A DNA stretch of 64,000 bases from an uncultured Pseudomonadota bacterium (GTDB lineage: Bacteria > Myxococcota_A > Polyangia > Fen-1088): the NCBI GenBank assembly GCA_963847705.1, contig CAWKBC010000041.1, positions 16,418-80,417 of the forward strand, read 5' to 3'. The position numbers were made by a program, and so were the translations under genes. Positions 22,379 to 31,516 of the stretch are shown here, piece by piece. The notes under the pieces were generated by a model that searched no databases, was not told the DNA's origin, and was given only the letters and a program-made list of their open reading frames with translations. The first letter of the stretch is position 1. Every line of letters begins with the position of its first letter.

Positions 22379-23646
22379 CCAACCAGCTGGAGGGTCGGTC
22401 GATGCGACCGAGCCGCGACCGCGACCGCCGTTTGCTCGATACCATGCCCCAGTGCATCTGGGCGGCGGACGCGGAGGGGCGGGTCAACTACTGGAACCGC
22501 GCCGGGCTGGAGTATTGCGGCCTGGACGCGGCCAGTCTGACCGACAGCTCGTTCTGGGAGATGCTCCACGTGGACGATCGCGACGAGGCGCGCGTCCACT
22601 GGGAGCGTGGCCTGCGGGGCGAGCCGCCTTTCCAACGCCAGGTGAGGCTGAGACGCGCCAGCGATGGCCTCTTTCGCTGGCATCTGGTCCGCGCCGTCGC
22701 CGAGCGCGACGAGGCGGGCACGGTGGTGGGCTGGATCGCCACCGCCACCGACATCGACGACCAAAAGAAGGCCGAGGACCTCCTGCGGGAGGCGGTGATC
22801 CTGCGCGACGACTTCCTGTCGGTCGCCTCGCACGAGCTGCGCACGCCGCTGACCGCGCTCAAGCTGGAGGTTTCGAACCTGCTTCGATTGGCGCGCCTCG
22901 ACGCCGGGTCGGAGCGGGCGCGCCTGATTGCCAAGGTCGAGAAGATCGACGCGCAGACGGCGCGCCTGCGTGGCCTCATCGACGACCTGCTCGACGTCTC
23001 CAGTCTGGCGGCCGGACAGCTCGAGCTGCAGCTCGGTCAGGTCGATCTGGCCGAGGTCGCAGGCGAGGTCGGCGCGCGGTTCATCGACGAAGCGGCGCGT
23101 CTCGGCAGCCGGCTGACCATCGACGCCCGGGACCAGGCGATCGGATGTTGGGATCGCGAGCGGCTCGAGCAGATCGTGTCGAACCTGATCTCGAACGCGG
23201 TCAAGTACGGGGACGGCAAGCCGATCGATGTCGCCGTCCGGGCGGAGGGGAGGCAGGCGCGGCTGATCGTCCGCGATCAGGGGCTCGGCATCGCCCCCCG
23301 CGATCAGGAGCGGATCTTCGGCCGATTCGAGCGCGCGTCCAACAGCGTGAACTTCGGGGGGATTGGCCTGGGGTTGTGGATCGTCAAGCAGATCGTCAAC
23401 GTGTTCGGCGGCGCCGTCGGCGTGGAGAGCAGCCCCGGGGCCGGCTCGATCTTCACCGTCGAGCTCCCCTATGCCGCCCTCGCTCAACGAATCGCGTGGA
23501 GGGCCAAGCCCCAGGAGCCAGCCATCACCGCCAAGGCGGCGGCTCCCAGCAGCAGCTGCACGGTCGTGCGCGGCGCCCGGATGTTGCCGAGCGCCGCGAC
23601 CGAGCCGATGGCCGCGCCCAGCCCCAGCCCGAAGAGATGGGCGTAG
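22375..23646 (+). CDS. PAS-domain sensor histidine kinase
   Basis: PAS/PAC; SHELRTPL H-box; NLISNAVKY, DQGLGI, GIGLGL. The 3' tail overlaps the convergent rhomboid gene. Confidence 0.92.
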   Translation: MTNQLEGRSMRPSRDRDRRLLDTMPQCIWAADAEGRVNYWNRAGLEYCGLDAASLTDSSFWEMLHVDDRDEARVHWERGLRGEPPFQRQVRLRRASDGLFRWHLVRAVAERDEAGTVVGWIATATDIDDQKKAEDLLREAVILRDDFLSVASHELRTPLTALKLEVSNLLRLARLDAGSERARLIAKVEKIDAQTARLRGLIDDLLDVSSLAAGQLELQLGQVDLAEVAGEVGARFIDEAARLGSRLTIDARDQAIGCWDRERLEQIVSNLISNAVKYGDGKPIDVAVRAEGRQARLIVRDQGLGIAPRDQERIFGRFERASNSVNFGGIGLGLWIVKQIVNVFGGAVGVESSPGAGSIFTVELPYAALAQRIAWRAKPQEPAITAKAAAPSSSCTVVRGARMLPSAATEPMAAPSPSPKRWA

Positions 23647-24369
23647 GTGTCGGCGCCCGGGCCGACGCCCAGCATGGCGTAGAGCCCCAGGCCCGCGCCG
23701 AGGGGCACCCAGGCGTACTTCCGCCGCGCCCCGCCGCGCAGCCGCCGGACCACCTGCAGCCCCGCGCAGAGGCCCAGCGCCGCGAAGGTCGCCGTGGAGG
23801 CCCCGACCGAGACGAACGCGGTCTGGTGCACCGCCGCGGTGAGGAGGTTCGCCGTCCCGGCAACGGTGAGAATCACCAGCGCCCCCAGGCCACCGCCCAG
23901 CCAGCGTCCAACCGCCGCCACGAAGATCAGCGCGGCGACGACGTTCCCCGCCAGGTGGAGCAGATCGGCGTGCAGCGTGAGCGCGGTCAGCGCCCGCCAC
24001 CACTGGCCGGAGGCGATCCGCTCGGCGGAGGCGGCCCCCGCCTGGAACCAGCGCGAGCCAGCCCCCGGCTCTGCCCAGGGCCCCGCGACCCAGAACATCG
24101 CGCAGAGCCCGAGCGCGGAGAGAATCCCCAGCGCGCTCGGCCCGGTGTCGGGCGCCGGGGGATTCCGGCTTGACCGGACCTTCGGCGTCGAACCCGCCGA
24201 GGGCCGTCTCGGCGGCGAGCGCGTCGGCGGGGTCGACCGCCAGCACGAACCGCCCCTCGCGCTCGTCGAGCTGGTAGGCGATCCCGGCGGCCGCCAGCAC
24301 CAGCGCCCAGTCACCCGCCTGGGTCGGGTTGGCGGTCGCCCGCACCAGGGCTTCGGGAGCGTCACTCAT
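23484..24369 (-). CDS. Rhomboid family intramembrane serine protease, frameshifted near 24160-24180
   Basis: N-terminal soluble domain MSDAPEALVR... in one frame; WWR.LTALTLHAD..HL.GN, GAST and AHLFG in another. Confidence 0.85.
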
Positions 24370-24374
24370 CGTCC

Positions 24375-24433
24375 CGAGCCTGCCGAGCCTGCCGAGCACG
24401 CCGAGCACGCCGAGCCCGCCGAGCCTGAGCCTG
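24375..24433. repeat. 9-bp tandem microsatellite (CGAGCMYGC), about 6 copies
   Basis: cgagcctgc cgagcctgc cgagcacgc cgagcacgc cgagcccgc cgagcctga. Confidence 0.75.
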
Positions 24434-24509
24434 TACGCCGTCTTGACGGTCGAACCACCGGTGATAGCTTGATCGATCTTCGTCGCGGGTGCGACGCCGA
24501 GGTGCTCCG

Positions 24510-25202
24510 ATGATCGGGAACGTCGATCATTTCGTCGGCCAGCAGATTCTGCTCTGGCAGGAAGAGCGGAAGATCGCGGAACGCAAGGGGATCCAGGGCA
24601 AGACCGTCCAGCAGCCGATGATCTGCCTGTCGCGGGAGTATGGCGCGCGCGGGGCCGAGATCGGGCGGCTGGTGGCGGAGGAGCTGGGGTTCCGGTTCTA
24701 CGCCCAGGAGCTGATCCACGACGTGGCCCAGGAGGCCCAGGTGCGGGACCAGCTGATCGAGTCGCTCGACGAGCGGGTGCAGGACAGCATCTCGACCTGG
24801 GTGTCGGGCCTCATCAAGCGCGGGGTCTTCGCCCCCAGCGACTATCTGCGAAACCTCTCCAGGGTGGTGCTGACGCTGGGCCGCCACGGCAAGGGGGTGA
24901 TCGTCGGGCGGGGCGCGCACTTCCTGCTCGACCCGCAAGCCACGCTGCGCGTGCGGGTCATCGCGCCGCTGCCGACCCGGGTGGCACGCATCGCCGCGCG
25001 CGACGGGGTCGGCGCGGACGAGGCGCACGCCAAGATCCTGCGCATCGACGGCGAGCGGATCGCTTTCAACAAGCAGCACTACGGCGCCGACATCGCAGAC
25101 CCGTCCCACTACGACCTGGTCGTCAACGCCGGGACACTGGGGATCGAAGGGGCCGCCGATCTCACCGTTCGGGCCTTCCGCACCAGGTTCAGTCAAGGCT
25201 AG
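24510..25202 (+). CDS. Cytidylate kinase-like family protein
   Basis: ICLSREYGARG, VIVGRGA, YDLVVN. Confidence 0.88.
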   Translation: MIGNVDHFVGQQILLWQEERKIAERKGIQGKTVQQPMICLSREYGARGAEIGRLVAEELGFRFYAQELIHDVAQEAQVRDQLIESLDERVQDSISTWVSGLIKRGVFAPSDYLRNLSRVVLTLGRHGKGVIVGRGAHFLLDPQATLRVRVIAPLPTRVARIAARDGVGADEAHAKILRIDGERIAFNKQHYGADIADPSHYDLVVNAGTLGIEGAADLTVRAFRTRFSQG

Positions 25203-25211
25203 AACCGTCTC

Positions 25212-26609
25212 ATCACGACGGCAGCAACCTCCTCACTGACGCTGACCTTCCGGGGCGGCACCATCGAGCTCGGCGGGCTTTCGCAGGGCTCGCCAGCGCC
25301 GCCCGGGTGCCTGTGGGATCCCCGCACGGCCTGCTTTCGTGCGCCGGCCGCCGGCTACGCGGCGCTGCGGCGGGCGCTGGCGCGTGATGGCCATGCGGTC
25401 GAGGATCGCGCGCGCGGCTACAGCGAGCTTCCCGCCGGCGCGCTCGTCAGACGAGCGTCGCGGCCCTATCAAGACGAGGCGCTGGCCGCCTGGCGCGCCG
25501 CCAGGGGGCGCGGCGTGGTGGTGCTGCCGACCGGCGCGGGAAAGACGCACGTCGCCTGCCTGGCGATCGACGACCGCCGCCGGAGCACGCTGGTGCTGGC
25601 CCCGACGCTGGATCTGGTGCGGCAGTGGTACGACGTCCTGCGGGCGACGTTCGGCGTTCCGGTCGGCGTGATCGGCGGCGGCGACTACAGCGTCGAGGCG
25701 CTGACCGTGTCGACCTACGACTCGGCGCACCTTCACATGGAGCACCTGGGAAACAAGTTCGGTCTCCTGGTGTTCGACGAGTGCCATCATCTGCCAGGGC
25801 CAGCCTACGCGCTGGCGGCGCGCGCGGCGGTGGCGCCGTTCCGGCTGGGGTTGACGGCGACGCCCGAGCGCGCCGACGGCCGCCACGCCGATTTCGACGA
25901 GCTGTGCGGCCCCATCGTCTACCGCAAGGACATCGTCGATCTCTCGGGCGGCTACCTGGCGCCGTACGAGACGGTGCGGCTCACGGTCGAATTGGGACCG
26001 GACGACCGCCGCGCCCACGACGAGGCCCGCGCGGTCTACCGCGACTTCATCGCCCGGAACGGCATCCGCATGTCGAGCCCGTCGGGGTGGTCGGACTTCA
26101 TCATCCGATCGTCGCGCTCTGAGGACGGCCGCCGCGCGATGGCCGCGTACCGCAAGCAGCGCGAGATCGCCTTCGCCGCGCCGGCCAAGCTCGACTACGT
26201 GGGCCTCTTGCTCGAGCGTCATCGCGAGGACAGGGTCCTGCTCTTCACCCAGGACAACGCCACCGCCTATGCGCTGTCGCGCCGGTTCCTGATCCCGATC
26301 ATCACCCACGAGACGCGCGTGCGCGAGCGGAGCGAGATCCTGGCCGGGCTGGCCCGGGGGGCGCGAAATGGCGATGGCTACGGCGCTCTCGTCACCTCCA
26401 AGGTGCTCAACGAGGGGGTCGACATCCCGACCGCCAACGTGGCGGTCGTGGTGTCGGGGAGCGCCTCGGTCCGCGAGCACGTGCAGCGTCTCGGGCGCAT
26501 CCTGCGCGCACAGGCCGGCAAGCACGCTCTGCTCTACGAGCTGGTCACCGCCAACACGGCCGAAACCTTCACCAGCGCCCGGCGGCGCGATCACAGTGCT
26601 TACCGCTGA
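25212..26609 (+). CDS. XPB/Rad25-like DEAH superfamily 2 helicase (start uncertain; open frame extends about 100 codons upstream of the first GTG)
   Basis: RPYQ Q-motif, LPTGAGKT, DECHH, GLTATPER, LNEGVD, QRLGRILR; same frame is open from 25203. Confidence 0.9.
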   Translation: MTTAATSSLTLTFRGGTIELGGLSQGSPAPPGCLWDPRTACFRAPAAGYAALRRALARDGHAVEDRARGYSELPAGALVRRASRPYQDEALAAWRAARGRGVVVLPTGAGKTHVACLAIDDRRRSTLVLAPTLDLVRQWYDVLRATFGVPVGVIGGGDYSVEALTVSTYDSAHLHMEHLGNKFGLLVFDECHHLPGPAYALAARAAVAPFRLGLTATPERADGRHADFDELCGPIVYRKDIVDLSGGYLAPYETVRLTVELGPDDRRAHDEARAVYRDFIARNGIRMSSPSGWSDFIIRSSRSEDGRRAMAAYRKQREIAFAAPAKLDYVGLLLERHREDRVLLFTQDNATAYALSRRFLIPIITHETRVRERSEILAGLARGARNGDGYGALVTSKVLNEGVDIPTANVAVVVSGSASVREHVQRLGRILRAQAGKHALLYELVTANTAETFTSARRRDHSAYR

Positions 26610-27921
26610 CCTGGTGAGCGCGCGCCGCCGCGGCGACGAGCTGCGCCTGGCGCCGACCGACGATGCCCGGCGGGAGCGGATCGCCACGCTGGCGGCGGCG
26701 CTGACCGCGCGGGCGCGCCAGGAGGTCGGCAACCTGCGCGACGACGTCGAGGAGGCGCTGCGCCAGACCGCCACGGCGCTGGAAGACGGCGGCGATCGCC
26801 GGTTGGGCGCGGCGGTTGGCAAGCTGGTGCGCGACGGGCTCCGCTTCGAGGAGACCTCCGGCCAGACCGCGACCGAGCTGCGGCGTGAGCTGTTCACGCA
26901 GGCGGCGGCTGCGCGCCGAGGCGCCGGCCCGGCCCCCTTCGATCGCGCGGCGTTCCTGGAGAGCTTCGCGCGCGCACGAGGGACGACCGCGCGGGCGCTG
27001 GAGGCGGCGCTCTACGCCGATCGCCCTGGCGCCCAGCGCCTCCTGGCGGTCGAGGTGCCGGCGCCCGCGCTGGTGGCGGCCGGGTTCGGGATCTCCGAGG
27101 CGCAAGCCGTCCTGCTGAGGGCAACCAAGATCGTCGCCGAGATCGAGGCCGGCGACGCCGCGCTCTACCGCCGCCTCTTCCGCACGCTGAAGTTCCTGCG
27201 CCTCCTGCCGGTCATCACCCGTCTCGATCAAGCGCGGGACCCCTGGGAGGGTTCCCGCTCCCCCCCGCGACAGACTTCGCCCGGCAAAGCCGGACTCCGT
27301 CCACGCCAACAACGTGGCGGCTACCGGGTCGAGATGGACGGCCCGCTCAGCCTGTTTCAAGGCGGCGGTCGCTACGGGCTCTCGCTGGCGCTGGCCCTGC
27401 CGGCGATCGCCGCCTGCGATCGCTGGAGGCTGGACGCCGACGTTCGCTGGGGCGCGGAGCGCCGCCCGCTGCGCTTTCGACTGGCGGGCGAGGAGCCCAG
27501 CGTCGCGCTCGCGACGGCGGGCGACCCGGCGCGGGGCGACGCGCTTCCCGATGAGCTCGCGGCCTTCATCACCGCCTTCGCGCGCGTGACGACCGACTGG
27601 AAGATCGATCGCGCGCCCGCCATCCTCGATCTCCCGGGGGCGGGGCTCTGCGTCCCCGATCTCTGCTTCGTGCGAACCGCCGACGGCGCGCGCGTTCACT
27701 TCGAGCTGCTCGGCTTCTGGAGCCGCGAGGCGGTGTTCCGGCGGATCGACCTGGTGCGGGCCGGCCTGCCGCAGAGGATCCTCTTCGCCGCCAGCAAGAG
27801 CCTGCGCGTCGGCGAGGCGCTCCTCGACGACGCGCAGACCGCGGCGCTCTACGTTTTCTCCCGGGTGCTCAACGTCCGCACCATCCTCGATCACCTGCAG
27901 CGGATTGCGCCGGCACTTTAG
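26596..27921 (+). CDS. DUF790 family protein (Bax1-like nuclease partner of XPB)
   Basis: GTG start VLTADLV overlaps the helicase stop; ALYAD, AQAVLLRA, DGPLSLF...RYG, and PDL.F...ELLGFW nuclease-like motif. Confidence 0.88.
   Translation: MLTADLVSARRRGDELRLAPTDDARRERIATLAAALTARARQEVGNLRDDVEEALRQTATALEDGGDRRLGAAVGKLVRDGLRFEETSGQTATELRRELFTQAAAARRGAGPAPFDRAAFLESFARARGTTARALEAALYADRPGAQRLLAVEVPAPALVAAGFGISEAQAVLLRATKIVAEIEAGDAALYRRLFRTLKFLRLLPVITRLDQARDPWEGSRSPPRQTSPGKAGLRPRQQRGGYRVEMDGPLSLFQGGGRYGLSLALALPAIAACDRWRLDADVRWGAERRPLRFRLAGEEPSVALATAGDPARGDALPDELAAFITAFARVTTDWKIDRAPAILDLPGAGLCVPDLCFVRTADGARVHFELLGFWSREAVFRRIDLVRAGLPQRILFAASKSLRVGEALLDDAQTAALYVFSRVLNVRTILDHLQRIAPAL
27236..27306 (+). 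repeat. Two-hairpin palindromic element, in frame inside the DUF790 gene
   Basis: GGGACCCCT-GGG-AGGGTTCCC, CCCCCCGCG, CCGGC-AAA-GCCGG, CTCCGTCCACGC; closely matches 50890-50963. Confidence 0.8.
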
Positions 27922-27938
27922 ACGAGCCCAGAGCGGGC

Positions 27939-29852
27939 TCACTCGCCGTCGAAGTCGCCGGTGGTTCCGGTTCCATCGGCAGCGTTGTCGACCATGCCGG
28001 GCGGAACGGGGTAGTCACCCGAGCTCGGGCCGCCCGTCCCCAGGACTCCCGGCGGGATGCCGTGATAGACGACATCGCCGCCGTTGCCGTTGTGCACCCC
28101 ACCCCGGGCCACCAGCAGCCCGTCGTTCTTCATCCAGTTGCAGGTGTTGCCATGTTCGCCATCGCAGTTGAGGAAGATGGCGATCTCTTCCTGGTCGGCA
28201 GGGAAGTCGGCCACGCCGTCCGTTCCGTTGTTGCGGCCGCTGCCCCCGGTCGACCCGCTGCCGCCCGAGGCGTCGAGGAGACCGGAGGGCGTCACGTCCA
28301 GGTTGCCTTTGCAGACCTGGACCCCGTTGTGGTTGTTGTCGGAGAAGAAGTAGATCATCCCGCCGCCGCCGCCGATGCCACCGGGATCGGGCGCGCTGCC
28401 GCCCCGCACGCTGATGTTCCCGGCGATGGTCTCGTCACCGTCCTTGGTCCAGAACCAGACGTGGCCGCCGCCGCCGGCGGTGCCGCTGCCCCCTGAGTTG
28501 CCTCCCTCGACGGTGATCTTCGCCGATTGATCGATGGCGACGGCGCCGTCGGTCGGCGTCAGCTCCATGTCGATGCGCCCGCCGTCGGCGCCGTTGCCGC
28601 TGCCGCCCACCATGATCGAACCGCCGCTGGCGTCGATCTCCCCGCTGATGTGCACACCGCCGCTGCCGGGATCCTTGCGGGCCCCACCGTTGAGGAGGCC
28701 ACCCGCGCCGGGCGCGGTCACCGAGTTGCCGCCCCGCAGGTCCAGCTCCAGCGGGCCTGCGACGTTGACGTTCCCGGTGTCGGGCTCAGGCGTGATGGTG
28801 CCGCCAGTGCCCGCCGCGGCGCCGCCGGCGCCCCCGCTGACGACCACCGGCACGAAGATGGTGATCGCCGTGGGCGGCGTGGTTTCGCCGATGTGAACCG
28901 CGCCGGCGGCGCCACCGGCGATCGTCCCACCGGAGGCCGCGGTGCTGGCCACCCCCCCGCGCCCGTCGACGGTGCCGCCCACCGCCACCGAGCCGGTCGC
29001 GTCGATGGTCAGCGCCGCCGCCGCACCCCCTTGCGCGCCACTGCCGCCGCTGCCGCTGGCGGCGCCGCCCCGAATGAGGATCGTCCCCGCCAGGACGACG
29101 TCGCCGCTCGACTGCACGGTGAGCGCGCCGGCCGCGCCGCCGCTCTGGGTCCCGTCGCCGCCGGCGCTCGTCAGCTTGCCGGTGACGATCACCTGTTTGG
29201 CCGCCAGTCGAAGCGCGCCGCCCGCCTCCCCCGATCCGGAGGCGCCGCTCGTGTCGACGGCGCCGCTGACGTAGATGGTCCCGCCCACCTCGAGGTCGAG
29301 CCCCTGGCGCCCGGCGCCGAGATCGCCGGCCTGCAGCGTGGCCGCCACGTAGAGATCGCCGCTGACCGAGATCTTGCGGGTGGCGTCGCTCCCGCTCGTG
29401 GTCACGTCCGCGCTGACCACCGCGTCGCCGGTGATCGAGACGTCCGCGCCCAGCGCCGATGCGGCGATGGGCGTGGCTCCCGCTGGTGCGGCGGGGATTG
29501 TCGTCGGGGCGGGCGCCTGGGTCGGATCGAACGAGGTGTCCCCCTGCGAGACCAGGTGCACGACGCCCCCGTTTTGCCCCTGACCGCTGGCCGAAAGCGC
29601 CGTGCCCCCCTGGACGCTCACCTGGGCGGTCAGCGCCGTCCAGGGAGAGCTCGCGACGCCACCGTCGTCGGCTCCCCCGGGCGACGAACCGATCCCTCCC
29701 GTCGGTCCCGAGCTGCCTCCGCTTCCGCCGACCGTCGCCTTGCCGCTGCCGCCGCAGGCGGCAGCACCGACGAGCAACAGCGTCAGCGCCGCGCGCTGCC
29801 CGCGTCCCCCTCCGTCACCACCCCGTCCCCCTCGTCTCTCGCTCATCCCCAT
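27939..29852 (-). CDS. Gly/Ser-rich repeat lipoprotein
   Basis: Lipobox AAA-C; many GG-x-GG-x-G...GG-x-(I/V/L)-x-(I/L) repeats. Confidence 0.8.
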   Translation of the reverse strand: MGMSERRGGRGGDGGGRGQRAALTLLLVGAAACGGSGKATVGGSGGSSGPTGGIGSSPGGADDGGVASSPWTALTAQVSVQGGTALSASGQGQNGGVVHLVSQGDTSFDPTQAPAPTTIPAAPAGATPIAASALGADVSITGDAVVSADVTTSGSDATRKISVSGDLYVAATLQAGDLGAGRQGLDLEVGGTIYVSGAVDTSGASGSGEAGGALRLAAKQVIVTGKLTSAGGDGTQSGGAAGALTVQSSGDVVLAGTILIRGGAASGSGGSGAQGGAAAALTIDATGSVAVGGTVDGRGGVASTAASGGTIAGGAAGAVHIGETTPPTAITIFVPVVVSGGAGGAAAGTGGTITPEPDTGNVNVAGPLELDLRGGNSVTAPGAGGLLNGGARKDPGSGGVHISGEIDASGGSIMVGGSGNGADGGRIDMELTPTDGAVAIDQSAKITVEGGNSGGSGTAGGGGHVWFWTKDGDETIAGNISVRGGSAPDPGGIGGGGGMIYFFSDNNHNGVQVCKGNLDVTPSGLLDASGGSGSTGGSGRNNGTDGVADFPADQEEIAIFLNCDGEHGNTCNWMKNDGLLVARGGVHNGNGGDVVYHGIPPGVLGTGGPSSGDYPVPPGMVDNAADGTGTTGDFDGE

Positions 29853-29873
29853 GGCTCCGCCCTTCGTCGTTTC

Positions 29874-31307
29874 CTATTGGCCGCCGCCGTCGGTGCCCCC
29901 GCACCCTTCGTCGACCTGGCCGTTGCAGTTGTCGTCGATCCCGTTGCCACAAATCTCCGCCGCGCCCGGGTGCACGGCCGCGTTGGTGTCGTCGCACTCG
30001 TCGCACCATCGGTAGCCGTCGCCGTCGGCGTCGGTCGCCGCGGCGGGCACCCCGCGCTCGCAGTCGACGAACGTCTGGAGATAGCTGGCGCGCTGGGCGA
30101 CGACGGCACGCGCGGTCGCGGTCGCCTGCTGGACCTGCGCGGCGGTGGCCCAGGCGTGGGGATCGCTGCCGGCCGCATCGGCGATCTGCTGCGACCAGCT
30201 GTCGATCCACCCTTGAATCTGACCGACGTCCCACCTGGCCAGCAGACCGGCGATCGCCTCGGCGTACTTGGCGCGCCACCCGGCGTCGCCGAGGACGATC
30301 ATCCACTTGTCGCCCGGCAGCGGTGCCGGCTTCGCCCGCGCGTACCAAAAATAGACCGGATGGTCGGTCGCCCCCACCAGATCGAAGTCGGACAACCAGT
30401 CGAAGGTCGAGTCGGTGTCGTCGGGGAGAAAGACGTAGCCGGCCGACCCCTGATCGTAGAGGTAGAAGTTGTGCGAGCCGCCGTAGTAACCGTCGGCGTC
30501 GTTGAGCAGCGCCTCGGCCGCCCAGGAGGTCAGCGAGCCTTGAATGTCGACGATGGCAGCGAGCGAGCCCAGGTCCTCGGCCGCCAGGAAGGTGGTGAGC
30601 CGTCCGTAGTTGGGGCTCATCTCGTTGGTCTCTGCCTGCGTCGCCCCCTTCCAGAGATCGCCCGCGGCATTCGAGGGGAAGAACTGCTTCACCACCGCGT
30701 CTCCCACCCCCTGTTCGACCGAGTAGAGGCCGTAGTACGCCCCGTTGATCTCCAGCCGCCCGTTGACCGAGCAGGGGGCCAGGACGCCGACCTGGCGCAA
30801 CCAGTGTTGAGAGAGGCGATCGTGCAGGAACGTCCAGTCGGAGCGCGGCATGTCGAACACCAGCTTCGTCACGCCGTGGAACTTGCCGCTCGGGTTGGTC
30901 TGATCGAACGAGACGTCGAACTGCATCTTGGCGCGAGGGCCGTCGAGCGTGACGGTCTGGTACCAGGACGAGGCGCCGTGCAGCTTGACGGCGGCGTCGC
31001 TCACCGTCTCGTTGCCGAGGTGAAAGACGATCGGATGGTAGACGGTGAAGTCGGCGCCGCTCTCGAGCGCCGCAAGATTGTTGAATTCGGCCTCCATGGC
31101 CGTCCAGTCCGCGTCGCTGATGTCGAAGGAGTAGGTCGCCAGCGTCCCTTCATCGAACAGATCGGCACAGGCCGACGGCGCCGCCCCGTCGGGCTGATCC
31201 TTGGCGACGGCGCCGGTCGTCGAATGCGAGCTGCCGCAATCGACGAGCGCGATCAATGAGACCGTCGCCACCCCTGCGAAAAACCCGTATGCGCCGCGCA
31301 TCGTCAT
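29874..31307 (-). CDS. CotH kinase family lipoprotein with C-terminal Cys-rich putative metal-binding motif
   Basis: VKLHGASSW, INGAYYGLY..E, DADGY...HNFYLY...LPDDTD; tail DADGDGY..CDECDD...HPGAAEICGNGIDDNCNG.VDE; start refined to MTMRGA. Confidence 0.87.
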   Translation of the reverse strand: MTMRGAYGFFAGVATVSLIALVDCGSSHSTTGAVAKDQPDGAAPSACADLFDEGTLATYSFDISDADWTAMEAEFNNLAALESGADFTVYHPIVFHLGNETVSDAAVKLHGASSWYQTVTLDGPRAKMQFDVSFDQTNPSGKFHGVTKLVFDMPRSDWTFLHDRLSQHWLRQVGVLAPCSVNGRLEINGAYYGLYSVEQGVGDAVVKQFFPSNAAGDLWKGATQAETNEMSPNYGRLTTFLAAEDLGSLAAIVDIQGSLTSWAAEALLNDADGYYGGSHNFYLYDQGSAGYVFLPDDTDSTFDWLSDFDLVGATDHPVYFWYARAKPAPLPGDKWMIVLGDAGWRAKYAEAIAGLLARWDVGQIQGWIDSWSQQIADAAGSDPHAWATAAQVQQATATARAVVAQRASYLQTFVDCERGVPAAATDADGDGYRWCDECDDTNAAVHPGAAEICGNGIDDNCNGQVDEGCGGTDGGGQ

Positions 31308-31516
31308 CTCCAGTCCGGCCCGATGTTGAGCAAGCGCGGTGCCCGGACCTGCCTCCGAAAATCGGCGCCCAATCGCCGGCAATTCGACAGAACGGGAACC
31401 ATGATGTCGCCCCGCGGTAACGAGCAACGACAGCGAACAACGATGAACGCCGACGGCCGGAGCGCCTTGGCGGCGCCCTTCTCGATGGCCGGCGAGTTGC
31501 TTGTGTGTTGAGGACG

